From positions 1-64,000 of the forward strand of contig CAXHJY010001470.1 in the NCBI GenBank assembly GCA_964016885.1: DNA of 64,000 nucleotides, in the 5' to 3' direction. This stretch comes from Eledone cirrhosa (lineage: Eukaryota). Under the pieces are notes generated by a model that was not told the origin of the DNA, made no database searches, and worked only from the letters and a program-made list of their open reading frames with translations. Shown here one piece after another: positions 45,525 to 58,294 of this stretch (the first letter of the stretch is position 1; every line of letters begins with the position of its first letter). The position numbers and the translations under genes were made by a program.

Positions 45525-45960
45525 ATCGGGTAGATAGCTAATATAGACAATGGCCGGGTAGATAGGTAATATAATCAATGTCCGGGTAGATAGGTAATAC
45601 AGACAATGGCCGGGTAGATAGGTAATACAGACAATGGCCGGGTAGATAGGTAATGCAGACAATGGCCGGGTAGATAGTTAATTAAAACAGAGCGGACATA
45701 TAGCTGGCTAATAGAGAGAATGGTGAACGGGTAGATAGACTATTAATATAGGAAATAGTGAACGGGTAGATAGACTATTAATATAGGAAATAGTGAACGG
45801 GTAGATAGAGAATTAATATAGGGAATAGTGAACGGGTAGATAGACTATTAATATAGGAAATAGTGAACGGGTAGATAGACTATTAATATAGGAAATAGTG
45901 AACGGGTAGATAGACTATTAATATAGGAAATAGTGAACGGGTAGATAGAGAATTAATACA
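45525..45960. repeat. 28-bp and 35-bp tandem repeats sharing cgggtagatag
   Basis: ccgggtagataggtaatacagacaatgg x~4 and gaacgggtagatagactattaatataggaaatagt x~6-7. Degenerate copies of the motif back to ~44911. Confidence 0.9.
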
Positions 45961-45972
45961 GAGAACAGTGGT

Positions 45973-46417
45973 TTTCTCAACAGTCTGGAACCATCCGATA
46001 TGCTTCCATACAACCTAGAATTTAAGAAGGGTACAACCATCGTGCTTTTCAGAAACCTGGCTCAGTCATGGTTGTTCAATGGGTCGTGTGTGGTTGTGAC
46101 TGAACTAAGGGCCTACATTCTCGAAGCCAAAATCCTCACTGGCTGTGGTAAGGGAGACATCGTATTTATACCTAGAATACCGCTAGTACCAACAGATGTC
46201 TCCCTTTCGTTTCAAATGATTGCAATTCCCAGTGAGAGTCAGTTACGCAATGACCATTAATAAGTCCCAAGGTCAAACACTGCAGGTTGTCAGCCTCCAT
46301 CAGGAAAACGTCTGTTTCTCACGTAGTTAATTGTACCTAGGCTGTTCCAGAGTAGGAGGCCCTCACAAACCTTTCATATATACTCCAAAGAACTTTGTAT
46401 ATACTGAAGTTCTGTAA
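45973..46417 (+). pseudogene. Helitron RepHel PIF1-like helicase C-terminal fragment
   Basis: FLNSLEPSDMLPYNLEFKKGTTIVLFRNL...NGS...ILTGCGKGDIVFIPRIPLVPTD, frameshift, FK*LQFPVRVSYAMTINKSQGQTL...CFSRS*LYLGCSRV...KNFVYTEVL*. These are SF1 helicase motifs V and VI typical of Helitrons. Confidence 0.93.
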
Positions 46418-46636
46418 ATGTTTTATAATTTTCGTAGAATATATTTTTCTATTTTCTTTATTACTTTCTGTATTTAGATATTCTAAATAAATTTTTCAAA
46501 TAATATTATGCAATATTTAAATACTTTTAAACATTTTTTATTTTAAGGGAATGGGTATTATGATAGTTACCAGTATTTGCCTTATAAATATATTTGAGTA
46601 CAGTACAGACGAGGGCAAAGACCGACTGGCCGCTAG
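46418..46636 (+). mobile_element. Helitron 3' UTR and terminus
   Basis: AT-rich tract, then a GC-rich segment gggcaaagaccgactggccg ending CTAG (46633-46636) followed by T. Confidence 0.65.
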
Positions 46637-46696
46637 TATCTGTGTGGCTGTATAGAGACAGCTAGATGAATAAATGTAGAGAACTAAATGTGCGTC

Positions 46697-46735
<39 letters not shown>

Positions 46736-47495
46736 GAGAGAGAGACAGGGGCAGGTGTGAGTGGATGTGTAAATGTAGACATATATATTTCGTTGACAAA
46801 TATATCAATATGCCCAGACATGTAGATATATTGCCCTTGGTATGACAGTGTGGTTTTAGCTCAATGTAGGATAACTAGTATACTACAGAGCCGTTCGTAG
46901 GGTGCAGATATGATAAGGAGAATCGACCTGTTACAAGGCGATATAATTGGAGTACACCATCCCTCATATGGACTATCATACATGTAGGGCTGCATTACTG
47001 CTAACCAACTATTCTTTTCACAGACTCATGCTTGCAAACTCTCTTGATCTGCCTGTACACCCTTTTTTTGCACTGCTTGTGCTTTGATGCATCTATACTG
47101 TGCTTTGTCTTATATATATATATTTTTTTTTTGGGGGGGGGGGCTTTTTGTTCCCTTATTGTTTTGTATTTTTGTATTTATCTCTTTTCTTACCCCCGTA
47201 TTTTCTTATATTTTCTTATATTTTCTTATATTTTCTTATATTTTCTGATTGTTTCTGATCATCCCTTGCTACCCTCTCCCAACCTCTTTATCATCTATTG
47301 CACCATCGAAGTGATATATTTTTAGTGTAATTTTTAATTTTTAAATTTTAAAGACATCTTATGACATTATGTGCATCATGTATTCTGTCTTTTTCCATAT
47401 AGCGCTGGCCTCGGGACCCCCCTGCTGGCCCCTTAACCTTGTTCTGGTGACACAGCTCGATGGAGCATGCAGCCACTGATATACTCATGTTTATA

Positions 47496-47542
47496 GGCTC
47501 TGAAGATTCCTGCCATGGTGTATGGATGAAACACTGTTAGCT
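47496..47542 (+). ncRNA. Type I hammerhead motif (family K)
   Basis: ggct CTGAAGA t tcc...gga t GAAA ca c tg TT agct, followed by AATAAA. Confidence 0.75.
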
Positions 47543-47722
47543 AATAAAGCAATGTATTTCTAAGCACTCTTTGGTTATTCCTATAACTATAACGACATAT
47601 ATATATGTATGTATGTATGTGAGAGAGGGACAGGTGTGAGTGAGTATATATATGGATGTATAAATGTAGACAGCTGTATGGCAGTATAGACACAGTTGTA
47701 TGAATAAATGTAGAGAACTGAA

Positions 47723-47782
<60 letters not shown>

Positions 47783-48267
47783 GGGGGGCAGGTGTGAGTT
47801 GAGTGTATATATGAATGTATAAATGTAGACAGGTGTATAGCAGTATAGACATAGGCAGCTGTATGAGTGAATGTGTAGATAGTTGCGACTGTATATGAAG
47901 GGAGACAAATGTGGTTGCATAAGAGAACAGTTCTACAAGGAGTAAATGTAGAAATGGCAACTTGTATTAGGATGAATCCAGGGGCAATATATCTGCAAGC
48001 CATGGTAGACATGTTGCAGAAGGTTGATAAGAGAGAGGAGGAGGTGGGAGTTAGTATTGTCAGACAAGAGGGTACATACAACACACAGACAAGGCTGCTC
48101 TTCCTGTTGTCGTTGTTGCATGCACTTGCATTGGTTGCACTGTCATGTGCAGACTATTGCACTTGTCGCAACTATTCTTGCTATGTAATTTTGTTGAAAT
48201 AGCTTCCAGCTCTCTTCTACAGCTGCTTCTTTCAACAAACGACATTGTCGCTACCACACCTACACCA

Positions 48268-48620
48268 CCTCTATCTCCCTATCTATCTCCCTCTCTATCT
48301 CCCTATCTCTATCTCCCTCTCTATCTCCCTATCTCTATCTCCCTCTCTATCTCCCTATCTCTATCTCCCTATCTATATACCTCTCTATCTACCTCTCTAT
48401 CTCCCTATCTATCTATCTAAATAAAGAAACATATCTACCTCTCTATCTATCTACCTCTCTATCTACCTCTCTATCTATCTCTCTACTATCTACCTCTCTA
48501 TCTATCTACCTCTCTATCTACCTACCTCTCTACCTACCTCTCTATCTACCTCTCTATCTATCTCTCTATCTATCTACTTCTCTATCTATCTCTATCTCTC
48601 TATCCCTCTCTCTCTATCTC
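48268..48620. repeat. (CTAT)n/(CT)n compound microsatellite
   Basis: Direct reading. Confidence 0.9.
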
Positions 48621-48760
48621 CCTGTCTGTCTAGGTATCTATCCTTTCTGTTGCACTATTTCTTTCTCAGTAGCCCCCTCTCTCTCCTCATTCGTCTATAT
48701 ATACTACATACAGCGTAAACCTAATGTAACTAATTTTGCCTCCTGTGTTTTGTTTGTTTC

Positions 48761-48815
<55 letters not shown>

Positions 48816-49122
48816 TATATGCAAAAGTTCTATTTAAAATTGTTGGGATACAACAAGTAAATATTTTTATAACTGATATAAAGCACTCGACAAGTATTTA
48901 TATATATATATTGAAATACCTGACTTATTATATACTAATCACTTCGTATACGTGTATAAGTTTGCATATGTGAGCGTCGTATGTGAATGTAGATGTGTGT
49001 GCTAATTTTTAAATTGCATTTGTGATAGTATTTTACACGTTTTTATTGTATGTAAACTTCCCTCTTTGTATTGTGCCCTTCTTTTGTGCCCTTGTGGCTA
49101 ATAAAGAAACATATCTATCTAT

Positions 49123-49190
49123 ATAGGAAAAGAGTCAGGACCCCGACGGCTGAGCTCCGGCTGTTTCCACAGCTAGATCCGAACTCGGAT
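49123..49190 (-). mobile_element. Family A fragment
   Basis: taggaaaagagtcaggaccccgacggctgagctccggctgtttccacagctagatccg. A shorter piece lies at 50217-50241. Confidence 0.7.
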
Positions 49191-49577
49191 GTGTGTGTGT
49201 GCGTGTGTAAACGTTTTGTGTTTCCATAACTGACCTTCACTTCCAACATCTTAAACTCATTAACGGGGTTTTTTTCTATATAGACTTGTTTGATGTTAAC
49301 TCTCTCTCTCTCTCTCAGCCCCCAAAACCTTTTTTGTTAGATAGAACCTGTAGTTTCGTCATCCATTGCAGTGTTTGGACGGTGAGGTGGTATGGAGAAG
49401 GATATACCCTCAGATAGGTGGGTTAGAGATATTGAAATACAGTTATTCCTTGACCGACATGACATGAAGTGGCCGCTCTTATAGTTGGCAGTTATATGAC
49501 ATCTGAAGCGATATTCTGTCTGATACTTAAAATTGATGGCGTTATTGAATCTCTGACAGTTCCAACGGCGAGTGTTC

Positions 49578-49706
49578 CAGACAGACGGACGGTGAGTGAT
49601 ACAGACAGACGGACGGTGAGTGATACAGACAGACGGACGGTGAGTGATACAGACAGACGGACGGTGAGTGATACAGACAGACGGACGGTGAGTGATACAG
49701 ACAGAC
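49578..49706. repeat. 24-bp VNTR, 5 exact copies
   Basis: cagacagacggacggtgagtgata x5. Confidence 0.95.
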
Positions 49707-49891
49707 TGAGAGAGAGTGTCTGGCCGGCCGGCCTTGAAATTAACGTGCAGGTGACTGAACATTCTACAGACACGTGTACCCTTAGCGTAGTTCTCAGGGA
49801 GATTCAGTGTGACATAGTGTATGACAAAACTGATCCTTTGAATCACGGGTACAAGTCATTTTTGCCTGCTATGAGGACTGGAGCAACGTGA

Positions 49892-50046
49892 AATAATTGT
49901 TTCTACTTTTGGCACAAGGCCAGCAATTACCCAGTGCATTACTGGTACTTTATTTTATCGACCCCGTAAGGATGAAAGGCAAAGTTAACCTCGACAGGAT
50001 TTGAACTCAGAACATAAGGGGCTATAGCTCTATGCTGTAAAGCATG
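49892..50046 (-). mobile_element. SINE C nested in a diverged SINE D-like copy
   Basis: Family D core actggagcaacgtgaaataa precedes it and a D-like continuation (cttgcccgagggtgcaacac...accctaacc) follows. Confidence 0.75.
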
Positions 50047-50520
50047 TGTGGCTTGCCCGAGGGTGCAACACTCCACCTGAAATTGCAGTTCCAAACTCAC
50101 GACGTAAGTCGCAAACCCTAACCGGGTAGCTACCGGCCTTCTCTGGGGTGTTTAGTACCCACTGGATATCAATGTGAAACTGTTTATATAGTTGTGTGTG
50201 TGCATATCGATCTATATAGGGAAAGAGTCAGGACCCCGACGTGCTGTATCTTATTTCGGAGATGTGATCCGAATGTTGCAACAATAGACTCTGCTAAAAA
50301 CCTCACGGGGCCATGTTAAACCCCACGGGGTCATGTCAAACCCCACGGGGTCATGTCACGGTGTTAAACCAAGTGCCGGATGAATCAGACAAATTGACAT
50401 AATGATATTGGAAAATATTTCCCAAGAGTGCTTTCTGCATGAAGAAGATATAGTTAAGCGCAAGGCTTCCTATACTGGAAGGTGGTTATGTGTATATGTA
50501 TGCATGAGTATATATATATA

Positions 50521-50656
50521 TGAGATTCCTGATGATTTCTAATGAATGAAACAGTTCTAGTCCTGTAGAATCTCATCTATATTAAAACTGTTATACTCTG
50601 CTATGTATTGAGTACCTTACTTACTGTGGTTACCTCCGATTCAACCCGGAATAACG
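50521..50656 (+). ncRNA. Family E hammerhead (50521-50575) plus tail
   Basis: tgagattc CTGATGA t ttc taat gaa t GAAA cag..ctg TA gaatctca (8-bp helix I). Confidence 0.85.
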
Positions 50657-50718
50657 TATATATATATATATATATATATACTCAAATCCAAATTTAATAA
50701 AAACACCATGTTTTTTAA

Positions 50719-50801
50719 TTCATTCTGACGACTGAAAACAGATACAATATCTGCTTTCAAGAAACCACTGGTAAATGAAATAATTATGTTGTTTATTACA
50801 T
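50719..50801 (+). ncRNA. Family F complete hammerhead (50719-50779)
   Basis: ttcatt CTGACGA c tgaaa a cagata caa tatctg c tttca a GAAA cca c tgg TA aatgaa. Confidence 0.85.
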
Positions 50802-50847
50802 AACCACCTTCCAGTATATATATATTATGTGTATATGTATGCATGAG

Positions 50848-50897
<50 letters not shown>

Positions 50898-51749
50898 AGA
50901 GAAGTGAGAAAGTGGAGAAAATAGGAAAAACATTTAATGAATAGGGAGAGGAAAGTGTGTGTTTCTCTGTATGTGAACGTGTCAATATGTATGTTTCTGT
51001 GTGTGTGTGTGTGTGTGAGAGAGAGCATCAGTATGTGTGTGAGCATCTCTGTGTGTGTGTGTGTGTGTGAGGTATCAGTGTGTGTGCGTATGTGTGAGCG
51101 TCTGTGTGTGTGAAAGGGAGAAAGAGGGAGCAGGAAAGAAACTGTATATAGATGTAGGAGGAAGGGGAGGATTATGTAGTGGGACAGAGGGGGATGGCAG
51201 GAGTGAAATTATGGTAAATCAGGAGAGGGGGGGAACTGGATCAATAAAATCCAGACGCTCCTAACAGACAGACATTCTGAGAAAGAGACACAGACAGACG
51301 GACAGGCAGATAAATTGAGAGAGAGAGAGAGGGAGAGAGAGAGAAACAGTGTGAGACAGAGATATAGAGAGAAAGTGGGGAGAGTAAGAGAGAGACTGTG
51401 AGAGAGAGAAAGAGACAGACTGTAAGAAACGGGGAGAAGGACGGACGGACGGACGGACGGACAGACAGACAGACAGAGGCAAATTCCAAAACAGACAGAC
51501 AGACAGGCAGACAGGGGAAACGAGACAGATTCCCAGACAAATTCCCAGACAGACAATTAAAAGACAACTGGTGGAGTAGGGTGGGGGATGGTGTTGTGTT
51601 AGGGTGGGGAGGGGGCTATGGAGATGGTAGTGGGGAGGATGGTGGTTATGGTGGTGGAGGCTGTGTTTATGGATGTGGTGAGGATGAGGAAGGTGGTGGC
51701 TATAAAGGTGTGATGACAATAGTGGTTATGAAAGTGTTCTATATATATC

Positions 51750-51936
51750 TGTTTATCCCGGGTTCAATCGGGGGTAACCACAGTAAGTAAAGTTCTCAAT
51801 ACATAGCAGGGTATAAATATATAATATAGAAATGACTTCTACAGGACTAGAACTGTTTCATTCGGAGGAAATCGGGGCTTTCCTGATGATTTCCTCCGAA
51901 TGAAACAGTTCTAGTCCTGTAGAAGTCATTTCTATA
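51750..51936. mobile_element. Family E fold-back copy with forward hammerhead (CTGATGA 51883-51889)
   Basis: Perfect 49-bp arms 51825-51873 / 51888-51936. Minus-strand tail from 51750. Confidence 0.85.
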
Positions 51937-51959
51937 ATATATATATAGAGAGAGAGAGA

Positions 51960-52028
51960 GACTTTACTATCTCAAGTATCGAGTACTCTGTTGAATTGTG
52001 GTCTAACTAGTTTAATACTGGTTTAATC

Positions 52029-52085
<57 letters not shown>

Positions 52086-52140
52086 CGGACCTAGGTGTCT
52101 AAACGGCCTGAACTCAGCCGTTGGCATCCTCAGTATTTTC

Positions 52141-52172
<32 letters not shown>

Positions 52173-52328
52173 GTATATATATATATATATATATAAGATA
52201 GGGTGTGGTAAAAACCAGTTCGACTAGACCATAACCCACCAGAGTACTCAATGTTTGGGGTAGTAGAGTGGGTAATATAAAAAGATTGACGACCCCGACG
52301 GCTGAGCACCTGCCGTTTCGACAGCTAT
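51960..52328. mobile_element. Three diverged family A fragments interleaved with (TA)n
   Basis: 51960-52030 (+ tail), 52085-52140 (+), 52195-52328 (-). Confidence 0.6.
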
Positions 52329-52832
52329 GTGTGTGTGTGTATATATAGATATATATATATACTATATATATATATATGTGTGTGTGTAATAAAAAATCTG
52401 TGTTTTTGTGAGTGTGTTTATGCCTGTGTCTGTCTTATATGCTAGTGGTTCGTCAAAACAAGATCGATAAAATAAGTCGCTGACTCTTAAAAATAAAAAA
52501 AAATAAAAAAAATAAAAAGTCATACTGGAGTCGTTTGATATAATCGTGTAGATGATGGAGAGACTCCAGCATGGCCTTAGTTTAATGACTGAGGCGTTTA
52601 AAATGAGAAAAGAATGTATGTATATATATATATATATAATGTGTGTGTGTGGAGAGAGAGATACATATATATATTTAATAGGGCCGAGGGATAGGTTGAG
52701 GGGGGGGGGAGAGGAAAATGTAAGGGAGGGTGGAGGGGGCGAGGAAGAATAAGGATGGGTGATAGATGGTGTGTGTGTGTGTATATGTATGATTGTGTAC
52801 TTTTATATATTTTTGTACGTGTATATATATAT

Positions 52833-52907
<75 letters not shown>

Positions 52908-53149
52908 CATGAGTGCTGTTACATATATATGTATGTATGTGTATATATGTATATGTGTATCTATGTGTATATATGTGCGTATCTGTGTATAAGAGTGTAT
53001 ATATGTGTATCTCTGTGTATATATATGTGTATCTCTGTATATATGTGTATATATATGTGTATATGTGTTTGTGAATTAGTCGGCTTCTATCAATATTCGC
53101 CGCTATCAATGGTGACCAGATCTCAGGAATGTCACTTGTCAGACAGCTG

Positions 53150-54030
53150 TCACCACCACCACCACCACCAATATATCAACACCACCACCACCACCACCCC
53201 AACACCACCACCACCACTATATTAACACCACCACCACCACTATATCAACACCACCACCACCACCACCAATATATCAACACCACCACCAGCACTATATCAA
53301 CACCACCATCACCACCACCCTCACTATACCATCATAATCATACCATCATCATCATCATACTACCATCACCACCAGATAGAGAGGTGGATAGATAAATAGA
53401 TAGTTGGGGGGATAGATAGAGATAGAGACAGACAGACAGACAGACAGATGGCGGACGAAAATCTCACCACCACCATTATCACCACCATCACCACCACCAC
53501 CATCACCACCACCACCATCACCACCATCACCACCATCACCACCATCTCCATCACCATCACCACCACCACCATCACCACCATCACCACCACCATCACCACC
53601 ATCACCACCATCACCACCACCATCACCACCATCACCACCATCACCACCACCACCACCACCATCACCACCATCACCACCATCACCACCATCACCACCACCA
53701 CCACCACCACCACCACCACCACCACCACCACCACCACCACCACCACCACCACCACCACCACCATCATCATCACCACCATTATCATCACCAGCAGCATCAC
53801 CACCACCATCATCATCACCACCATTATCATCACCAGCAGCATCACCACCACCACCACCATCATCACCACCACCACCACCATCACCACCACCACCATCATC
53901 ACCACCACCACCACCATCATCATCACCACCATTATCATCACCAGCAGCATCACCACCACCATCACCACCACCACCATCATCATCACCACCACCACCATCA
54001 CCACCACCACCACCATCATCATTATCATCA
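53150..54030. repeat. (CAC/CAT)n trinucleotide arrays
   Basis: Direct reading. Confidence 0.9.
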
Positions 54031-54112
54031 CTTGTCCACCCACAAATTCCAACGCTACACACTAAAACATTCACGAGTGCAACCACCACCACCACCACCG
54101 TAGTCAACAAGA

Positions 54113-55620
54113 GGACCACCACCACCATCAACATAAAGATAACCACCACCACCATCAACATAAAGATAACTACCACCATCAACATAAAGATAACCACCAC
54201 CACCACCACCAACATAAAGATAACTACCACCACTACCACCACCACCATCAACATAAAGATAACTACCACCACCACCACCACCATCAACATAAAGATAACT
54301 ACCACCACCACCACCACCATCAACATAAAGATAACTACCACCACCACCACCACCATAAAGATAACTACCACCACCACCACCACCACCATCAACATAAAGA
54401 TAACTACCACCACCACCACCACCATCAACATAAAGATAACTACCACCACCACCGCCACCATCAACATAAAGATAACTACCACTACCACCACCATCAACAT
54501 AAAGATAACTACCACTACCACCACCATCAACATAAAGATAACTACCACCACTACCACCATCAACATAAAGATAACTACCACCACCACCACCACCACCACC
54601 ATCAACATAAAGATAACTACCACCACCACTACCACCACCACCACCACCACCATCAACATAAAGATAACCACCACCACTACCACCACCATCAACATAAAGA
54701 TAACTACCACCACTACCACCACCACCATAAAGATAACTACCACCACTACCACCACCACCACCACCATCAACATAAAGATAACTACCACCACAACCACCAC
54801 CACCATCAACATAAAGATAACTACCACCACCACCACCACCACCATCAACATAAAGATAACTACCACCACCACCACCACCACCACCATCAACATAAAGATA
54901 ACTACCACTACCACCACCATCAACATAAAGATAACTACCACCACCACTACCACCACCATCAACATAAAGATAACTACCACCACCACTACCACCACCATCA
55001 ACATAAAGATAACTACCACCACCACTACCACCACCATCAACATAAAGATAACTACCACCACCACCACCATCAACATAAAGATAACTACCACCACCACCAC
55101 CATCAACATAAAGATAACTACCACCACTACCACCACCATCAACATAAAGATAACTACCACCACCACCACCACCACCATCAACATAAAGATAACTACCACC
55201 ACCACCATCAACATAAAGATAACTACCACCACCACCATCAACATAAAGATAACTACTACCACCACCACCACCACCACCATCAACATAAAGATAACTACCA
55301 CCACCACCACCACCATCAACATAAAGATAACTACCACCATCAACATAAAGATAACTACCACCACCACCACCACCACCACCATCAACATAAAGATAACTAC
55401 CACCACCACTACCACCACCATCAACATAAAGATAACTACCACCACTACCACCACCACCATCAACATAAAGATAACCACCACCACCACCACCACCACCACC
55501 ACCATAAAGATAACTACCACCACTACCACCACCACCATCAACATAAAGATAACTACCACCACTACCACCACCACCATAAAGATAACTACCACCACTACCA
55601 CCACCACCATAAAGGTAACT
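54113..55620. repeat. 1.5-kb minisatellite: atcaacataaagataact core plus variable (ACC/ACT)n
   Basis: Roughly 45 units read directly. Confidence 0.95.
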
Positions 55621-55741
55621 ACTGCTACCCACCCTATTTCACCTCAAACTATAAGACCATCACTGCCATCATATTTTAGCCTCGTTTTGTGAAAAAGGTA
55701 AAAAAGCCACCGAGGTGGAAAAGAGAGACAGACTCAATAAA

Positions 55742-55793
<52 letters not shown>

Positions 55794-56035
55794 ATATATA
55801 CCGTATATATATAATATAATATAATATATACCGTATATATATAATATAGTATAATATATACTTAATATAATATATATATATGTATGTATATATATATATA
55901 TATATTAATATAATATAATATATATATATATATAGTTAATACAACGCTATAAAGTATAATAGTCCACAAGACAGGTAAGCGACAGGTGTGATTGTCTTAA
56001 GGACATGTGTTGGTAAATATTAATATTATTTAATA

Positions 56036-56098
56036 GATTCTGAAGAGATTAGTATAACAGGCATGAACATTCTTGTTTAATCGAAACGATCGTCAAAC
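56036..56098 (+). ncRNA. Type I hammerhead motif (family L)
   Basis: gatt CTGAAGA gatta..aacagg..cttgtt taatc GAAA cgatcg TC aaac. Canonical G-C base of helix II and palindromic helix III. Confidence 0.8.
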
Positions 56099-56131
56099 GA
56101 TTGAATGATTTGATTTAGATCTTGATTATTT

Positions 56132-56180
<49 letters not shown>

Positions 56181-56247
56181 TGGTAAGCTCATGTGCTAAG
56201 AAGCTGTAAAATATATATGTACAGGGTTGAAGGTAATAATTGACTAA

Positions 56248-56283
56248 CTCGTATGTTTCGGACGCTGGTCCTTCACCAGAAAG
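56248..56283 (-). ncRNA. Degenerate B-like minimal hammerhead
   Basis: Minus strand reads ttt CTGGTGA a ggac cagc gtcc GAAA catac gag. Confidence 0.55.
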
Positions 56284-56330
56284 AATAGTATATGGAATGG
56301 GAAGAGACAGACAGGACCCATATAAAGGAA

Positions 56331-56360
<30 letters not shown>

Positions 56361-56365
<5 letters not shown>

Positions 56366-56568
56366 AACGAGTAGGACCCCGACGGATGAGCTCAAGCCGT
56401 TTCGACGGCTAATTCTGGACTCGAATTCAGTCCAGACTTAGCCGTCGAAACGGCTTGAGCTCAGCCGTCGGGGTCCTACTCGTTCCTATTACCCACTCTA
56501 CGACCCTAAGTATTGAGTACTTTGGTGCGTTATGGTCCACCTGGTTCCTTACCACATTTCCTTCGTTA
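56361..56568 (+). mobile_element. Family A fold-back copy
   Basis: ~61-bp arms 56361-56421 / 56429-56489 (about 2 mismatches), then the forward tail. (TA)n on both sides. Confidence 0.8.
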
Positions 56569-57387
56569 TATATATATATATATATAAATTTATATATATA
56601 TATATATAAATTTATATATATATATATATATAAATTTATATATATATATATATAAATTTATATGTATATATATATATAAATTTATATGTATATATATATA
56701 TAAATTTATATGTATATATATATATATAAATTTATATGTATATATATATATAAATTTATATGTATATATATATATAAATTTATATGTATATATATATATA
56801 AATTTATATGTATATATATATATAAATTTATATGTATATATATATATAAATTTATATGTATATATATATATAAATTTATATATATATATGTATATATATA
56901 TAAATTTATATATATATATATATATAAATTTATATATATATATGTATATATATATAAATTTATATATATATATATAAATTTATATATATATAAATTTATA
57001 TATATATATATATAAATTTATATATATAAATCTATATATATATATATATAAATTTATATATATATATAAATCTATATATATATATATATATAAATTTATA
57101 TATATATATAAATTTATATATATATAAATTTATATATATATATATAAATTTATATATATATATATAAATTTATATATATATATATAAATTTATATATATA
57201 TATAAAAATTTATATATATATATAAAAATTTATATATATATATAAAAATTTATATATATATATATAAATTTATATATATATATAAATTTATATATATAAA
57301 TTTATTTATATATATATATATATAAAAATTGATATATATATATATATATATATGTATACATATAAATTGATATATATATATATATGC

Positions 57388-57420
<33 letters not shown>

Positions 57421-57451
57421 TATACATATAAATTTATATATATATATATGC

Positions 57452-57484
<33 letters not shown>

Positions 57485-57495
57485 TATACATATAA

Positions 57496-57543
<48 letters not shown>

Positions 57544-57752
57544 ATTTATATATATATATATACATATAAATTTATATATATATATACATATAAATATATA
57601 TATATATACATACTTATAAATATATATATATATACATAGTTATAAATATATATATACATACTTATAAATATATACATAGTTATAAATATATATATACATA
57701 CTTATAAATATATATATATATACATAGTTATAAATATATATATATACATACT

Positions 57753-57790
<38 letters not shown>

Positions 57791-57970
57791 CTTATAAATA
57801 TATATATATATGTATTTATATATACTTATATATATATATATATCTGTATTTATATATACTTATATATATATATACTTATATATATATCTGTATTTATATA
57901 TACTTATATATATATATATACATACACACATATATATACATACACACATATATATGTGTATTTATATATA
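56569..57970. repeat. (TA)n array punctuated by AAATTT and catacttataaa units
   Basis: Direct reading. Confidence 0.95.
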
Positions 57971-58106
57971 CTTATATATGTATATAAATACATAATCGGA
58001 GAAAGCTAATAGCGATACTCCGGCCAAATTCCAACTCACTCAACAAACATTAGGAAATATCTGAGTATATTCCTAATTAAACGTTCGGGGTGCTAACTAA
58101 TTGTAT

Positions 58107-58152
58107 TGTGTGGAGAATTGGCTGTATCATTTCATATGAGATATATCAAAAT
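58107..58152 (+). repeat. Dispersed repeat shared with window positions 1-45
   Basis: tgtgtggaRaattggctgtatYatttcatatgagaYatatc present at both sites. Confidence 0.75.
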
Positions 58153-58262
58153 GTGTGTGTTTATATATATATATATAATGTGTGTGTGTTTATATATAGA
58201 CAAATATATATAGACAAATAGATATTAAAGATATTGAATGTAATATGTGTACACACACACAC

Positions 58263-58294
<32 letters not shown>

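Noticed and set aside
47870-48200. Possible Penelope/Neptune linker remnant (STFTPCRTVLLCNHI, minus strand)
   Set aside because: Too short and degenerate to support without a profile search.
49540-49585. WNTRRWNC resembling the Wnt RRWNC motif
   Set aside because: No flanking Wnt cysteine pattern or downstream conserved residues. Chance similarity.
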